Source: Botryllus schlosseri (Eukaryota). From it: a stretch of DNA of 64,000 nucleotides. This document shows positions 9,864 through 22,334 of this stretch, one piece after another. Position 1 is the first letter of the stretch; each line of letters starts with the position of its first letter. The position numbers and the translations under genes were made by a program. The notes beneath the pieces were generated by a model. That model had not been told where the DNA came from and searched no databases. It saw nothing but the letters and a program-made list of their open reading frames with translations. The stretch spans positions 15,874,001-15,938,000 of the forward strand of contig CM119371.1 of the NCBI GenBank assembly GCA_051294905.1, written 5' to 3'.

Positions 9864-11241
9864 GGGGAGACCGGGGACAAATGTAACTAGGGGCAAATGT
9901 AACAATCGACCTCACCGCTAGTAGGATGGAGAAATCAGCTTGATATTTTAAGTGCGCATGCAGTAGTTATCTCTCCTATTATACCTGGAGTTACGTTGAG
10001 CTACGATGCGAAACCCCGGAATAATTTGCAAAAAACGAAATTTTTGACCCTCGAGTAAAGTTTTTCTGGTCTGGAATAATTTGTCTAGACGAATAGTACC
10101 TCAAGCAGTTACAACGTGATATGTGTAGCTGGAACAATGTTACTATAGTCTACCGTGGTGATGGAAAGAATAGGACTCGCATCGCCGGGAATGTACCATA
10201 CTGAGACACTAATCATGGTCGAGCGTGTCAGGGGCAATCGTAACACTCTGTTACTTTTGCCCCGTTACAATATGTTATCAATTCTGAATGTCTTTGTTCA
10301 TATGTTGGTATTACCATTCATCTACTGCAGAATAATCTTGCAACAGCCAGAAGTTCACCAGAACAGATACTGCCTTGCGATACCAATTCTAACATGATCA
10401 TCTGTCGAAACGGCCATACAATAGTGGTGATGTGAATCTGACGGTTCGGTTATTTTCGTGATTCAACCACCCTTTCTCATGTTGATCGACTTTTGGTGTG
10501 TCGAACTTCAATAGTCATGGCTTAATTCTCGTCCTCTGACTTTGATCATGGCCCACTTACATTTTGATATTTGATGTGAACAATTTATGTTAATTTCCTA
10601 CAGCACAGATAAATATCATTATAGCTTTGACGCCAGAAAATGTTGCGTACTCGTTTTACTATATACCATCATCGGCCCATTCAACCAAGATATGTTAGCC
10701 AGGTCGGTTTCGCACCTTCGCAGGTGACCGAATGACCAAGCCATTATGCCCGCTGAACAACAGAACCTTGGTAGAAGAGGCCGAATATGTGTAGGGAGAT
10801 GATGGAATGAATGTGTCTCTTGTACACTTTAAGCTTGAACAAGACACGAAGGGTGATATTGCATTCAGAGGCCATAAATGCGATGGGGCGCAGCCTGTAA
10901 GCGTTCAAACGTCTTTTCGTTTAGTTTCATGCAATATTACAATTTGTGCTTCCGTTTTCGTTGTTCATTTAGTTCGTGTTTAGTTTTAAATAACACTGTT
11001 ACATTTGCCCCGCAAGGGTGGTACAATTGCCCCTGGGTACGGGGCGATTGTAACATTTGAGCAGCGATTTTTGCGACCCAAAATTTCCATGATTGATTGT
11101 TGATTGAGTTCCAATTTAGTTTTCATATCAACTATCGAGTTGTTGGCTTCTTTATATAAAACTTTGGAAGTGAAATTTTTACGAGAAAAACACGTAGTGT
11201 TGGAAAATACGAAAAGTGTTACAATTGTCCCCGGTCTCCCC
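9864..11241. mobile_element. Tc1/pogo-like non-autonomous element nested in the 9515 element
   Basis: TIRs are GGGGAGACCGGGGACAAATGTAAC and GTTACAATTGTCCCCGGTCTCCCC, with TA on both sides. Confidence 0.85.
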
Positions 11242-11329
11242 TACTCGCCCTTAAGGTGTGATGTAACAATCGTATCTACATCTGAACTCGGTTACCGTCA
11301 TATGCGTTTAGTCGACCTTTGCTGGTATA

Positions 11330-11990
11330 GGTCGATTTTGATGGTGTTTCACAGCATGATAATTCTTGAAACTTGGTATGTCATGTCGTGATGGTGGTAT
11401 TTAACATTGTCCCAAGTTTCAGGGTTTCTACTTAAAGTTTAGGGTAGTAATTCCGTTTCCGAAGTTGAGTGTGTGCTGATTCGTCATGTATCGCAAACAG
11501 ATTTTACTCAAAAGCCGGTATTGGTATCCATTGATTTTGACGATGTTCCATACCGAGATCGGTCATGACATTTGGTACGGTAAGTCTTAATGTTAGTATT
11601 CAACGCGGTACCAAGTTTCAAGTTTGTCACTGTACTGTGTTAGTGGTAATTTCGTTTCCTAAATCGAGTGAGAGCTGACTCGTCATTTATCGCAAACATA
11701 TTTTACGCAAAGCCGGTATTGGTCTCCATTGATTTTAACGATGCTCCTTACCTAGATCCGTCATGAGCTTTTGCATGGCATGTCTTGATTTTAGTATCGA
11801 ACGCTGTGCCAAGTCTCACGGTTGGCACTCAATGATTAGGGCAGCAATTTCGTTATCAAGGTCGAGATGTTAAAGATGTGCGCTGATCTGACACTTAGCC
11901 TACCTAACGCATTGCGGATTTCACGCAAAAGTCGGCGTATCTGTGTTAACGCTAACTGTGTTCCATACTGAGATAAGTGATGAGATGATG
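11330..11990. repeat. Diverged ~198-bp tandem repeat (about 3 units)
   Basis: AAAGCCGGTATTGGT occurs at 11511 and 11709. CCAAGT(T/C)TCA and TCGTCAT(G/T)TATCGCAAACA motifs recur at the same spacing. Confidence 0.7.
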
Positions 11991-13575
11991 ATATCATGAA
12001 ACAGTTTACTAGCATCCTCGGTTTGCATTCAAATATTTACTTTTATTTTATATTCTCCAATGTCAATTTTGACCGTGAAATTGTGGCCTTCAGGCCATTT
12101 GCTTACAATTACAACCCCTGTCAAGCGCGATAGCTGTTTCGTTTTCGATGGCGGCTAACAGCTGATCGCTTGATCAATGATCAGCCTATTCCTCAGTAAA
12201 TTTTACGCAAAATTCGGTGTTGGTCTGTTTGTATTAATTTTGACAGTGTACCATACCGAAAACGGTCATGAGGCTACTTCTCGTTGATTTCATGTAACAG
12301 TGTACCAAGTTTTCGGCTTTCATCCACGTATTTATTCGGTAATATATTTTCCAAATGCGATTTTGCAGCAGACATATAGACCGTAAGCCGTATGTGTCGT
12401 GTGACAGCCTCCAGCACCAAGGCCAAAACTTCTCCTATGCTGTATCGGGACCGAATTTCCGAGGCTGCTATCCGTAGTTCTTCAGAATTATGTTTTGGAT
12501 TCAATATGACATTGTCCAATCTATGAGATAACAATTGCGTGTGTCCGAACTCGTTGACCTTTCCAGCTAGGCTTACGCAATCTCTCGAGTTATAGTCATT
12601 TCCATTTCTGCAGATAATTAGTCAAGTCAGGTATAGTGCGAACATGAGCCGTGTGAAATCTTTGTTCCGTACGCCGTTTACGCAGTTACCACACTTCAAG
12701 TCACAGCTCACCGGCAGACCTCTCGCGGCACATACGTTAAATCACTGTTGTCGGGAAGTTCGTGTTACCGTAGTTCGTACCACTAAGTTACTTGTTTACG
12801 TTGGAAAACTCCATTGTGACGTCATCTTGATAAAAAGTCGCTTGCAGCCCTTGCCCCACCACCCGATATTGTCACGAGCCGCCACTGACAAACACCATGA
12901 ATGCCTCAAAACCAACCAACCAATTTACGCATGTTGGTCGCAGCTTTCGATATCGATATGTCCCGGCGCCGAATAGCCGAGTCCTCGCAAATTTAGCCCA
13001 GCGAAATACAGCAGGCCCGCAATATAGTCAAGTGACAATATTATTGACCTATGAACTTCAAAAAATTTTCGCGCTTAGCGCGGCTTGTGGCCCACGCAAT
13101 AGTTCGTCAATCGAATGTGGCCCTTTGGCTGCAAAGGTTGGCCAGCCCTGGCTTAGTGCTTACACTGAGTGGCGATGTAACGTAGTTGTACGTTGCATCG
13201 CTGAAACACAAATGGGTCGCGGGTTCAAGTCTGATGAGGTATACTCCAGATGCTTTGTCAGTCTGATGCTATGTGAGTGTAAGTTCGTCTCGCAGGCTTC
13301 CTTCGATCGTTTTGTTGTTCTCAAATCATGGAAGGACGCACCATGCAGCATATAGTGTCTCTATATCTAAACATTTCATTTTCTATACTTCCATTTCTAA
13401 TTGAAATTGAGTACACATTTTCGGCATTACTTCCACTTGAATAATCATAATAATCGATAGACTGTCAAGCCGCCATCGCAGACTGTCAATCCACCATAGC
13501 ATTGCTTACATTACACCGTACGTACGATGATATCATAGTAGAGTAATTGTGACAAATAATAACCATGCTTTAGTA

Positions 13576-14593
13576 CAGAGGTCTCAAACTCAAAGGTGCT
13601 CGCGGGCCAGTTTTCCTGTTTTGACGACGCCGCAGGCCGCAGCATTTATAGCCATTATAGAGGCATTAGTCTTTCCAAGTCAGCCTTATTTGGCGGGGAT
13701 GAATAAACACTCATCGTCAAAATAAGAATGACTCTTGTACTCTTGCGTGCCTGGCACGAAAAGAATCATCACATCTATATGAATAGAATTGTTGTTGTAG
13801 GCTACTTGATATATATTAATTATAAGATATAGACATCATATGGGCGGACAAATGTATGATGCCATCATAAAAGCTATCGGGGTATAATTATGCCCCTACT
13901 ATGAATATTTCGACAGATTGATAATAGAGACTGATCTGATATCGAAACATTTTTAGGTTGAGCATTGTAATCTCAATCCAGGATTCGGGTATACTTCTGA
14001 TACGTAGGCTATTAATCTCATGGCCAAATATATTCAAATATAGGATCAGAAAAAAATATAAATATAATATAAATATATTAATGAATGTGTCCTAGTGATT
14101 GAAATATCAGAACGGCGAACGGCCCATTGTTATTACATCGTTGGAGCGTGTACCATTACGGTACTCGGTACCTTCAAGTGACCTTAATAACATGGTTTTA
14201 TAGCGACCAAATATGTAACTAAGAGATTGCAAATGGTTGTCATAACTACTCTGAGTAATTCTAAGAAAGGTTGCGTCCAAGTCCAACTCACAAATTTCAG
14301 TCACGAATCGTCTAAGGGTCCGGTTTTGTCATCATGAATTGAAAATCTGGCGAAATAGTGAATCTTCCATTGCATATGGTAGCGTTTGCAATTGACGTGA
14401 TAGTATGAAGTTTGATGAATAGTTTCAGGCTTTCGGAGCAATTTAAGGGGGGATTTTCACTATATAGCCTGAAAGGATATATGTGACACTTAAATATTGT
14501 GAAATTAATAAAAATGTAAAATGTCGTCGCGGGCCGCACAAAATACTCTGGCGGGCCGCATGCGGCCCGCGGGCCGCGTGTTTGAGACCTCTG
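13576..14593. mobile_element. hAT (Charlie/Buster-like) MITE
   Basis: TIRs are CAGAGGTCTCAAAC and GTTTGAGACCTCTG, with GCGGGCC subterminal motifs. Perfect TSD CTTTAGTA. Confidence 0.93.
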
Positions 14594-14939
14594 CTTTAGT
14601 ACAACTCCGAAGCCGTTTCTGCTAGTGCGGAATAGTGTTCTTGGGCACAGGCCAATAGCTTATTTTGAAAAAACAACAATTGTTTGAAACTGAAATCAAT
14701 TTCAGCATTTCAAAATGTTTTACTTCGCGTTCTTCCAAAATCACAAATCACATCGCCGGCCGCATGTGGTCCGCCTCTTGGTGAACCCTGGTGAGTGCAA
14801 AACGAGCCAAGCTTGGTGTACAGACATTAACCATTCTCATGCTAATGGGAACGCACTGTGATTTGATATGAACTGAACTTGATTATTGCTGTATTTATTT
14901 GTCATTCACAATTTCATTCAATTTCCACGTTTTTGCGAA

Positions 14940-15170
14940 TTCAGTAATTCTAATTCTCATCTAATTTTGAAAAAGCTGTGTAGCCCTAATTCGAATCTAA
15001 TATGGAAAAAATTTGTTGCTCTAATTCTAATTCTAATCTAATTCGAAAAAACTGTGTACCTCTAATTCTAATCTAATTTAGAAAAAAATGTGTAGCTGTA
15101 ATTCTAATTCTAATCTAATTTGGAAAAAAATGTGTAGCTGTAATTCTAATTCTAATCTAATTTGAAAAAG
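14940..15170. repeat. ~41-47-bp tandem array (TAATTCTAATCTAATT...GAAAAA...TGTGTAGC)
   Basis: About five visible units. Confidence 0.8.
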
Positions 15171-15387
15171 ATGAAAATTTTCTAGTTGTCCAAGTCTATT
15201 TGGCGCAGGGAAATCCAGTGCCAAGCCGCACGGTGCAGTCATAGTAGTTATTATGACGAATAATAGCCTGCTGGCATAAGAGGACAAAATCTCAAAAAAG
15301 AGGACAAAAGGGCGTCCTCTAAGGACACTTTCAAAAAAGTCAAAAAAGACGACAAATCCTCTTAAAAAAGGGCGCATGGTAATCCTA

Positions 15388-15565
15388 ATCATTGGTTTAT
15401 TAGCAAATTTATCAGTCCAATACACCACAAAGATGCGATACAATGAAAAGATAGGAAGGTTTCGACGCGACTTGGAGTAGTCTATGGAATCAGACACCCA
15501 CCTTGGCCTAGGCGATGTAAAGAGGAGGCATGCACACTGAATAAAAAGTGAAGAAGATAGTATTG
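15388..15565 (-). mobile_element. LINE 3'-UTR fragment
   Basis: Closely matches 40780-40952, for example GGAGTAGTCTATGGAATCAGACACCCACCTTGGCCTAGGCGATG. Confidence 0.8.
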
Positions 15566-16174
15566 TATTGATAAGATACGACAGTGGTGCTTATAGCCTT
15601 ATGAGGCTTTGTGCTCCACGACAATGGCAATTTCAACAGTTCAATACATTTTTTCTTCGCGACTTTTCTTGCTCTCTCTCTCTCTTCCACACGCATTCAT
15701 TCTTCGAATCTTTGCCGCCTATTTCCAAGCTCGGCTTCGTACTTTCTGGGCTTTTGAAGTCACTGCAATCGCAGTGATTTTAATAGGAAACATACCCCGA
15801 ATCTACCTTCTCCACCATATATAAAGCGGTCACCATTTTTGCCATGAAAACTGTTAAATAGTACTCCAAACAAGTTTGAGTATCTTGTTATTGACCCCAT
15901 CTGGCCATTAGAAACCTGGATGAACGTCGAAAATGCGAAAAAAATGATGGGGCGGAGAATATAACCAATAGCCATCTGTGCATCTGCTGAATATTTAAAC
16001 CACTCCTGAAAGTTGGCTCATTCTTTTTATCTGTGCACGAGGCTGTTACTTATTTTACCACGAATGTTACATGCTATGGATTGAAAACAATCCGGTTACG
16101 TGTTTCGATATGGTATATTTCAGCCTTGTATACTGTTGTAGCGGTAGAATCGATTGTGAGGTGTTGACTCTGAG

Positions 16175-16517
16175 AAGGAGGTAGTCTACAAAACATCTAA
16201 AATTCATCGCGGTTCTCTGTTGTGAAAATTGAAAGCCAATGGGAAGTTTTCCGACGTCACAATAAGATGAGGACCCATCGAAGTTATGGCGCATAAATGC
16301 GTGCTGACCGCATCGACGCAATATTTTAAAGGGATGTTCTCGAATGACACTTACGAAGCCAACACCGGCATTATTGACTTCCCCTCCGCAATGACTCCTG
16401 AGGTTACGAGGCAATGCGTCAACTTCATTTATTTGGGAACCACGGAGATATCTGCGCCAATAGCAAGAGGACTACTTGATGCTGCGGAAATGCTGCAGTT
16501 GCCTGAACTGCCTAAAC
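16175..16517 (+). pseudogene. Truncated BTB-Kelch pseudogene, paralogue of 2600-4216
   Basis: Colinear with the first ~114 codons of the 2600 gene. ATG is replaced by AAG (16175), there are two in-frame TGA codons before the AHKCVL motif, and homology ends abruptly at a hAT TIR at 16518. Confidence 0.92.
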
Positions 16518-17885
16518 CAGTGTTTCCCGAACTTTGTTGAGCTACCGCCCCCCTGGAAAACGAATAAAGTGCCAGCGCCCCCGACACTCCATTACCACAC
16601 CTAAATCATGAAACGAAAGTTGTTCTGCATTTATTACAGCTAATAATGAAATGGATGAAGCTATCGTCATCCACGTCATATTGGGTTGGATGTTTTGTCA
16701 TTCTAAAATTTCCAGTGTCCACTTCATTTAGGCCTGCTGTCAAGTCGGTTTATGCTGTCGTGAGTCAGAAACTTTGTCACGGCACTGAAAACACGGTCTA
16801 TCAAATAAAATATGGGCGGATGAGGGCAACGACGAAAAAGTCAACCCGACTCCACTGAGAGTATTTATATGTGATTCAATTGTGTATCCACAACGATTAA
16901 TTGGAGATATTCAACTCTGAATCGATCTCAAAATTGCTCTACACTGCAATATAATCAGCTACTTAATCATTTCATGCTCGGGAGCTTCTCAGAATGGATT
17001 GATTATCCAGTGAGGAATTTCTAATTGGAATATATCTTGGAATCAAATGACCATATCCTCATTTAATTTTCTGAGATGACTGATTTTTGTTTCACCATCA
17101 AAATCGGGTATTCTAGCTGGTAGCTCATGCAAGCTTGGAAATAGGAGCAGTTCACGTGTCGTAAAATTTCAGTAAGGTATCACGGGATCATCACGGAATC
17201 TGGACGGTGTCATTTACACCTTTATCAAGTTTCATCGTTACTATACAACGGATATATCCGACTCATAAATTTTTGATAATATGCCCGTCTAGTTGGAGCG
17301 ATATCGGTTCTCGCAACCAGAACGCCGTGTCGAAGGCAGGGATATCTAGAAACTAGATATCCGGTCTATATATCCTTGGTCGAAGGCCACGGTCGCAGCA
17401 CTTCGTTTGAAACAGAGAATAAAATCACTCAAGACAGTTTCACTTAAAAAGCCACCATACCTTGCAGTAAGCAATAACTGCTCAACTAATTCGTAGTTCT
17501 CACAGCACACAATGAACCGCGCATTGCAGAGATACTGCCGACTGCTAAATTAGTCCATTGATGGGCAGGATGAACAATGAACACTGTCAAGTAACGATGG
17601 CCTTTTCCGGTACTATACTGAATAAATAGACGAACGACCCTATATTGCCGTGACTGAATCGATTCTGCATTTTTACTTCGAATTTAGCTGCTTTATTAAA
17701 TCAATAGTTTCAATACTATACGCAACAGATGCCTCCCAAACGCACACCGCCCCATTTGCTCTCAGTGACTCCCCTACCGCCCAATTTTATAGCCAGGGCC
17801 TCCAATCACCTATTTCATGGTCAGCGCCCCCTTCACGCTGGCGAACGCCCTCAAATGGGCACTGGGCCAACTTTGGGAACCACTG
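16518..17885 (-). mobile_element. hAT Buster/Charlie-derived element with transposase remnant
   Basis: Ends are CAGTGTTTCCCGAACTT and AACTTTGGGAACCACTG, but the TSDs do not match. The minus strand at ~16990-17078 reads HLRKLNEDMVI*FQDIFQLEIPHWIINPF, resembling the Buster C-terminal WIxNPF region. A second copy lies at 36731-37773. Confidence 0.75.
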
Positions 17886-18403
17886 GTGTAGCCTATCTAT
17901 ATTATTTGTTGGCTTTTGTTTTTATTAGGTCATGCAACAAATTATTTCATATGTTGGAAATTTGAATCATCGTATTACTGAAGTTACGGTCTAAAACACT
18001 GGTTCCAAACCTTTTTGGATGTCGGAGCCTTCTTTCAAACTCTGGAGTACGTATGGGGTCGCAAGTAAACACTCACGGGTTACGTATAACCATGATTTGA
18101 AGGTCGCTAGACTACCTCTGGATCTCACCATCCAGCTAATTCAAAAGCATGCACTTAGACTCCTACAGATTCTATATCAGTTATTTTAACATTGATAGAC
18201 GCAGATAGCTCTTCTTACATTCAAGCACCTGATGCACAAGTTGAAGGGGGATTATACGCTGAGTAATACTGGTAATATTGCAATTTATGCTTGACTATGA
18301 GCCGTTACGTTGATGTCAGTAAAGTTGTGTCGCAATTTACTGTTCACAGAGACGACCTATGAACGTCTCTGACCAGCATAACTCAAGATACCGGTATATC
18401 ATT

Positions 18404-19311
18404 CAGTGTTGGGATCAAGTCACTACCTTCGAGTCACGAGTCATTTCGAGTCATTGCACATTTTGACTCGAGTGAAGTCAAGACAATCGATTTTCAAAGG
18501 TGACTCGAGTCAAGTCAAGTCACTCGATTTTTGGAGGTGACTCGAGTCAAGTCGAGTCAAGTCGAGTCAAGTCGAGTCAAGTCACGAGTCAAGTCACATT
18601 TCAAGTCAAGTTGCCCTTTCGAAGTATTAGGCATGCTTAGGACATGGCATTTTGCTAGCTGTCTGAAATAGCCTACAGATGAGTATGGTCATTGATTTTG
18701 AACCGATGAACGAATATAAGTATAATTGCATAGCCCCGGTTTATATAGTTGCCAGCCAAAATAGAGAATGAGAAAAGAATTGATAAGATGCAATACATTA
18801 CCCAGTTATAAATTGATGTGTCACAATTCGAGCCTGCGCCAATAGTTGAGGACGATATAAACTATATTCAAATTCAATTTCAATAAAACAAGAGGTTTGG
18901 TTAAGGTAAGAACAGAGAACAGAAATATACATTTTGCGATTAGATTACTTTACTATGCTTGTTTACTATACAACGTAAGGTAAGCTGTATGCTTCGATCA
19001 ATTCGATTGCGGTCAATATATTTGTGAGATAACAATGGAGGCCCAGTAAAACGCACGATCATTAAATGATTGGTCGCTCTCACGGGTTACACCAGCGTTT
19101 GGCTGGCGAACAATCCGAACATATGCAAGATACAGTGATTTTTATCGACACCGATTATACTTGATGACTTGAAATTGACTCGTGCATTTTGCTTCGAGTC
19201 ACGAGTCAATCCACATTTCTGATGCGCCAAGTCAAGTCAAGTCATTTTAGCAAAGTGACTCGAGTCAAGTCAAGTCATACGAAAAAGGTGACTCGAGTCA
19301 TCCCAACACTG
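18404..19311. mobile_element. GACTCGAGTC-family hAT MITE, complete
   Basis: TIRs are CAGTGTTGGGAT and ATCCCAACACTG. TSD ATATCATT/ATATCATC matches 7 of 8. Confidence 0.9.
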
Positions 19312-19465
19312 ATATCATCGTCATATATTGTTTTATATCATCCATGCGTTTGACGCTATAGTCTGCAAGAATGCTCTTTCCCCGTATTCAGAAGCGGCCT
19401 TGGGCGGCTTTAGACATAACTAATATTCCCTATTTTAGCATTCATGTACATACATAGATCATAAC

Positions 19466-20005
19466 TATAAGTTTTTGTTGCAGTTAAATTCATAGAAAAT
19501 TGCATTTATTTTTCACAAAAGTTGCAGTAAAAAGTTAAAAAGTTGCATTTATTTTTTCACAAAAGTTTCACTAAAAGACCGCATTTTGGTCGGTTGACTA
19601 AAAAAAAAGGCCAACTTCCCAGTTCCACTCCCGAAATACAGTTTTCCATCAACATTCTCCATTGGTTGACTAAAAAAAAGGTCAACTTTCCGGCTCAGCT
19701 CCCGAAATACCCGTTAGAGCGTTACTTCAGTGCTGATTTACGGTATTTCAGTCGAATTTGGCCGTGTATTTCACCAAAATTCTCAAAAAACAGTTACATA
19801 ATCAAGCGATCTATTTAGATATAGGCCTACTGCCAAATATTTCCAGTAAAAAGTTGATCGGAAAAAACTATCATGAAAAATCGAAAAAGTTGCACTATAT
19901 CATTCATTCAAACATCTTAAAACAGCATTCCACATAATTTCCGAGTATTTAGGAAGCTGCAGGAAGCTGTAAAAAAAGATGCAAAAGTTGCAAAAACTTG
20001 CCCTA
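19466..20005. mobile_element. MITE with AAAAGTTGCA motifs
   Basis: Right end is AAAACTTGCCCTA and the left end is degenerate. TSD ATCATAAC at 19458-19465 and 20006-20013. Confidence 0.7.
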
Positions 20006-20689
20006 ATCATAACTATTCATAGAAGCAAACAAAAATTGTCTACTATAGTTTTGTGGCATATTCAGAGGTCAATCAGAGGGAAGCTTGGAGCCGCGGTTAG
20101 GAATCACTGATCTGAAAGATTTTAGGGAATAAATTAACAATAAGAGGGTATTGCTTTGGGTAAGTCTCAGAAAGCAACAAACTCACAGTACTCGAATCCG
20201 AATCGAACATCAATTTCCGTGATTTAAGTTGAGCAGTCATAGCCGATTTTAGAGTGGGGGCCTACGTAAACTTTACATCCTCATGACTAAGATATATCTT
20301 ATCAACGATGATTATCATTTTGCTAATTTATATACCTTGAGTTTCAAAACCTTGAATATCCACCAATACAAACCGGTGTTATGCATGGCCAGTCGCGCTC
20401 CGTGCAAAAACAAGGAATGCCTGTGAAGCAGTGATAGAACCGCACTGTTCACTGACATATATTTGAACTCTTCGTGTCTGTATTATTTTGATGCCATTAA
20501 AATGACACAACGATTCGTATTCGAATCGAAATTGAACCACTCAGATACTCGACTTTCCGGTTTCCCCAGCCCCAGAGCAATTTACTTCTTGTTGCATTTT
20601 TCCTGGCCTTCCTTAAAGCTTGGCAAGCAAATTCAGTGCTGGTCCCGCACAAGGATAGATAGGAAGCATAACGAAATATATCCTGACTA

Positions 20690-21286
20690 CAGGGTTGTAA
20701 TGACGCGAGTCATGACTCGAATCGCTTTTTGATGACTCGACTTGACACGAGTCATTTCTTCAAATGCGTAAAGGACTCGACTTGTACTCTGGAGTCATTG
20801 TGCATGACTCGAACCAAGTCATATGACTAGAGACTAGGACGGCAAAGACAGACATTTCATTGTAACTTCGAAGAATAGTAAAGTCACCACATTACTGGTA
20901 TTTCGTCTAACAGTCCTGATACTTGGAAGCAATGTTCCCTCTAAGCTGCGCACGTGCGCAAATGCGCAGTGCTTTCACTGTCTCTACGCACAGAAAATCT
21001 AAGTTGCGCACAAAAAATCCGAAGTGATGACCTTTTTTAGTCGTTACGCACTGTTTTCCTAGAGTCTGCGCAGTGATTTGGCGAGTGTGCGCAGACTCGT
21101 CAAAAATTAGAGGGAGCATTGCTTGGAAGATAAGCCATAAACTGTTAGGACTGAGGATTTACGACATTATGAATGCGAGCCATTCTGTATCACTCGAGCA
21201 GAGTTGAAAGAAGTGGTTTGAACCGGATTGAACTCAAAACTGAACAGTGAACAGTGAGCACAATGACTTGGACTCAGACTCTATAG
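20690..21286. mobile_element. GACTCGAGTC-family MITE, left part (right part displaced to 31413-31567, inverted)
   Basis: Left end CAGGGTTGTAATGAC. Colinear with 7820-8130 up to GACTCAGACTC. Confidence 0.8.
20930..21121. mobile_element. CAATGTTCCCTCTAA-family MITE (nested)
   Basis: TIRs are CAATGTTCCCTCTAA and TTAGAGGGAGCATTG. Perfect TSD CTTGGAAG. Confidence 0.93.
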
Positions 21287-21637
21287 TAGGGTTGCCATAC
21301 GTCCGGAATTTCCCGGACATGTCCGGAATTTCACTGAAAAATCTGTGTCCGGGAGGAATTTCTAAAATATGCCTAAATGTCCGGAATTTTAAAGGCTTCA
21401 AGCAGGCTCAATTTTTTTTCGTAAATCAACATAAACAGTATTATTTTCAAGCAGATTTACGCTATTCAAAATTTTTCATCGCGAGTTAATGCAACGTATG
21501 TAGATATTAGTATGGGCGCCTGGCACTACTCTCGCCGAAAATGCAATCAAAATAAATATAAATAACTATCACTTACTGAAATAAGTCTGATTGTAACCGC
21601 AATTATAAGATATAACGGTACATTCTTAGAGTTGGTT
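21287..21637 (-). mobile_element. Right half of a TAGGGTTGCCATA-family element
   Basis: Reverse complement of ~9080-9430, preceded by CTCTATAG. Confidence 0.85.
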
Positions 21638-22334
21638 AAATTCGAGAGACCATTATGGCACGCGTAACTTATTGCCGATAACAACCACTATTTCCAGTCC
21701 AGACATGAACCATAAGAATTTACAGTGTAGCTACATTTAAAATGCTGCCATGCTAGAATGGATGAAAATGGTTTCATGTTATGCGGGGGAAAAGTTTGTT
21801 GCTGTTGTTAATGTGAAGCGGTGTTCTATCACTCGGACACTTGGTGTTTTGACGTGGATCTTGTATTATGATAATGAACAAGATCTAGAGCAGGTGACTC
21901 GAGTCATCACAACCCTATCGCTATGCAAGAAACAGAACTTCTTGTTGTTGTCTATAAGTTTAACTGTATTAACATATTTGATAAAAATATAGCCTAATTC
22001 GCATGTTTGGTTTACCGTTTGGCTATTCAGGAAAATGAAGAATCATTGTAGATTGCACCAATTCTATGTTTAAGCCGATATCAGGCAATTTTCCACTCGC
22101 AAATTTAAATTATTTACCCCCGTTTGTTTGAAAGCAATCTGATAATTGCCATAACCTTTAGTTAAATTCCTAGAATCGACAATCTCACCCCTAAATGGAG
22201 GGAAACGTTGATGTTATTGTCGGTGCATTCTTTAAAAAAAACATGCAACGTCTTTGGAATTGTTCTGATTGCAATATTGTATATCTGTTACGTTTTTGCA
22301 GCATAATATGTGTATACCTGATCTCCTATGAAAT

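Larger units (their letters stand above)
9515..12887. mobile_element. 3.4-kb non-autonomous hAT-type element
   Basis: TIRs are CAGTGGCGGCTCGT and ACGAGCCGCCACTG. Perfect 8-bp TSD ACAAACAC at 9507-9514 and 12888-12895. Confidence 0.9.
8521..12923 (+). mobile_element. SINE body and tail split by two DNA transposon insertions
   Basis: Removing 8613-9430 and 9515-12887 (each with one TSD copy) restores a sequence colinear with the uninterrupted copy at 37774-37953, including the AAAC/AACC-rich tail. Confidence 0.8.

Noticed and set aside
9864..11241. Autonomous pogo transposase inside the TA-flanked element
   Set aside because: No long ORF or recognisable DDE motif was found.
20690..21917. Single intact MITE from 20690 to the CATCACAACCCTA end at 21917
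   Set aside because: The flanks do not match (CCTGACTA vs TCGCTATG), and the true continuation of the 20690 element is at 31413-31567.
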